A stretch of DNA of 63,908 nt, filler included, from Octopus bimaculoides (taxonomy: Eukaryota): assembly GCF_001194135.2 (NCBI RefSeq). It is 6 parts of 6 records of this genome, joined end to end, with 100 filler letters (N's around TTAATTAATTAA, not from the genome) between each part and the next. Parts side by side here need not be neighbours in the genome. Positions count along the whole stretch, not along the records: positions 60,441 to 63,908 come from NC_068981.1; 5 more parts are not named here. One strand, written 5' to 3'. Position numbers and translations under genes: made by a program. Each line of letters starts with the position of its first letter. The first letter of the stretch is position 1. Below the pieces are notes generated by a model, which worked only from the letters and a program-made list of their open reading frames with translations, was not told where the DNA came from and ran no database searches. Of this stretch, positions 63,821 to 63,908 are shown in pieces.

Positions 63821-63908
63821 TTCTTCTTCTTCTTCTTCTTCTTCTTCTTCTTCTTCTTCTTCTTCTTCTTCTTCTTCTTCTTCTTCTTCTTCTTCTTCTT
63901 CTTCTTCT
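63821..63908. repeat. (TTC)n microsatellite
   Basis: Pure run to the window end. Confidence 0.97.

Overview
AT-rich eukaryotic genomic DNA with dense microsatellites and many N-gaps. The SINE and MITE families look like those of coleoid cephalopods (Octopus); this rests on my recognition of the repeats, not on a database search. I found no host protein-coding exon I can support, so the window reads as intergenic DNA or a very large intron. Nearly all ORFs in the track are microsatellite, gap or repeat artefacts. Supported content: (1) a decayed Ty3/Gypsy gag-pol body on the minus strand (~54.5-58.5 kb); (2) fragments of R4/Dong-type and CR1-type LINEs; (3) Tc1, mariner and DD37D(maT) transposase fragments, two mariner MITEs, a Buster-type hAT MITE with a perfect 8-bp TSD, and two Helentron/DINE-1-like elements; (4) many tRNA-derived SINEs; (5) Penelope-like 3' ends. 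The most interesting signal is a set of type I hammerhead-ribozyme-like motifs. Two minus-strand copies 55 kb apart (4011-4106 and 58761-58861) share an intact CUGAAGA/GAAA/GUA core and a palindromic stem III, and each keeps its own paired stem II around an unrelated 45-54 nt loop. A second minimal family with a variant core (CUGUUGA) ends Penelope-like tails. Other points: a ~360-bp inverted duplication that spans the hAT insertion junction, and two R4-type elements arranged head-to-tail around a (TAA)28 array. Five TTAATTAATTAA spacers inside N-runs are assembly linkers. Ribozyme activity is predicted from hand folding only.
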